A stretch of 64,000 nucleotides of DNA, taken from an uncultured Gammaproteobacteria bacterium. GTDB taxonomy: Bacteria > Pseudomonadota > Gammaproteobacteria > Pseudomonadales > Azotimanducaceae. Positions 62,947 through 64,000 of this stretch are shown piece by piece; the stretch's first letter is position 1; each line of letters begins with the position of its first letter. The notes beneath the pieces were generated by a model, which did not search any database, had not been told where the DNA came from, and worked only from the letters and a program-made list of their open reading frames with translations. The stretch spans positions 6,391 through 70,390 of the forward strand of contig CAJXUL010000001.1 in NCBI GenBank assembly GCA_913060615.1. Direction: 5' to 3'. The translations under genes were made by a program, and so were the position numbers.

Positions 62947-63594
62947 ATGAAGTTTCTAAAAACTGCGGTTTTGGCAGGGTTAGTTATAGCTAGCGGGCAA
63001 ATTGTTAGTGCGGTTGCGCAAACAAATCTCGGTGATGCGGCAGCAGGCAAGTCTATGTATCCGTTATGTACTTCGTGTCATGGCGTTAATGGCAGTGGTA
63101 GCCAAGCCATGGGCGCGCCTAAAATTTCTGGGCAATTGGCCTTCTATACCCTTAAGCAATTGCAGCACTTTCAAAATGGCGCCCGTGGAACAGTGGCTGG
63201 CGACATGAAAGGTATGCAAATGGCTGCCATGTCTAAAGGACCACGACTAAAGTCTCCGGAAGCATTGGCAAATTTGGTTGCTTATGTTTCTTCGCTGCCG
63301 GATGAAGCGATCACGCCGACTATTCAAGGAGATGCGAGCAAAGGTAGGTCCGCTTATGCCGTTTGCGCTGCTTGTCATGGTGTTCAAGGGGAAGGCAATG
63401 AAGCAATGGCCGCGCCGCGTTTAACAGGACAAAGTGATTGGTACTTAGTTGCGCAACTGAAAAAGTTTAAGCAAGGCCAGCGTGGTTATCACAACGTAGA
63501 CCATGGCGGCCGCCAAATGCGCGCTATGACAGCGACATTGACCACAAATGAGTCGATGAATGACGTAGTCGCTTACATCAATAGCCTTAACTAA
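62947..63594 (+). CDS. Diheme c4/c554-like cytochrome
   Basis: Signal peptide, CTSCH and CAACH, APRLTGQ. Confidence 0.92.
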   Translation: MKFLKTAVLAGLVIASGQIVSAVAQTNLGDAAAGKSMYPLCTSCHGVNGSGSQAMGAPKISGQLAFYTLKQLQHFQNGARGTVAGDMKGMQMAAMSKGPRLKSPEALANLVAYVSSLPDEAITPTIQGDASKGRSAYAVCAACHGVQGEGNEAMAAPRLTGQSDWYLVAQLKKFKQGQRGYHNVDHGGRQMRAMTATLTTNESMNDVVAYINSLN

Positions 63595-63602
63595 AGATAC
63601 TT

Positions 63603-64000
63603 ATGACCGGTCGTCTGACAATTAATCTGAATGCCCTAGCGCATAACTATGCGCAATTTCATGGTGGCAGTCCGGCTCAGTTTGCGACAGTGGTCAAGGC
63701 AGACAGTTATGGATTGGGCGTTGAAGTGGTTGCAAAAAAACTCTGGGACGAAGGCTGCCGGGAGTTTTTTGTTGCCTTTACCAGTGAAGGTAAGGCGCTG
63801 CGCAGAGTGTTAGGTGAGGCAAAAATATATGTGCTGGCTGGCGTCAGCCCAAAGAGCGAAGAAACCATTCAAGCGCTGCTTGCCGCCAGACTAATCCCTG
63901 TTCTCAATACCCTAGAGCAGTGTCGCTATTGGGCAAATACGCAAGCGCCTGCGGCTTTGCATGTTGATACCGGTATGTCCCGGTTAGGTATGGCGGTAGA
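63603..64000 (+). CDS. alr: Alanine racemase (3'-truncated by the window edge)
   Basis: Manual translation: [16 protein letters not shown]...[10 protein letters not shown]...[11 protein letters not shown]. Confidence 0.92.
   Translation, partial: MTGRLTINLNALAHNYAQFHGGSPAQFATVVKADSYGLGVEVVAKKLWDEGCREFFVAFTSEGKALRRVLGEAKIYVLAGVSPKSEETIQALLAARLIPVLNTLEQCRYWANTQAPAALHVDTGMSRLGMAV

Overview
Replication-origin region of a gammaproteobacterial chromosome. Gene order strongly resembles Pseudomonadales, and the accessory content suggests a marine lineage (inference). About 1-49.7 kb is housekeeping. On the minus strand: atpA(partial)-H-F-E-B-I, parB, parA, rsmG, mnmG, mnmE, yidC, yidD, rnpA, rpmH. 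Then a probable oriC (AT-rich element, DnaA boxes, IHF site), followed by dnaA-dnaN-recF-gyrB with two parS palindromes inside recF. Next come tag, a lipid A acyltransferase, trkH-trkA-rsmB-fmt-def, dprA-purE-tsaC, a GNAT, aroE, the cytochrome c oxidase cluster running straight into egtB-egtD, polA, engB, cytochrome c4 and dsbA. About 49.8-64 kb is a patchwork rich in hydrolases and redox enzymes: arfB, a lipoprotein fusing a pectin-acetylesterase-family domain to a B3 metallo-beta-lactamase-fold domain, tesB, an LLM oxidoreductase, an M20 peptidase, a serine hydrolase, a flippase-like protein, a CDP-alcohol phosphatidyltransferase, an epimerase-fold protein, an esterase, a second diheme cytochrome c and a partial alr. 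I found no rRNA, tRNA, CRISPR array or mobile element. The best leads are the esterase/MBL fusion, egtBD appended to the cox assembly operon, probable non-canonical starts for tesB (ATT) and rsmG (CTG/ATT), and recurrent short tandem duplications. All product calls come from motifs recognised by eye; no database search was run.
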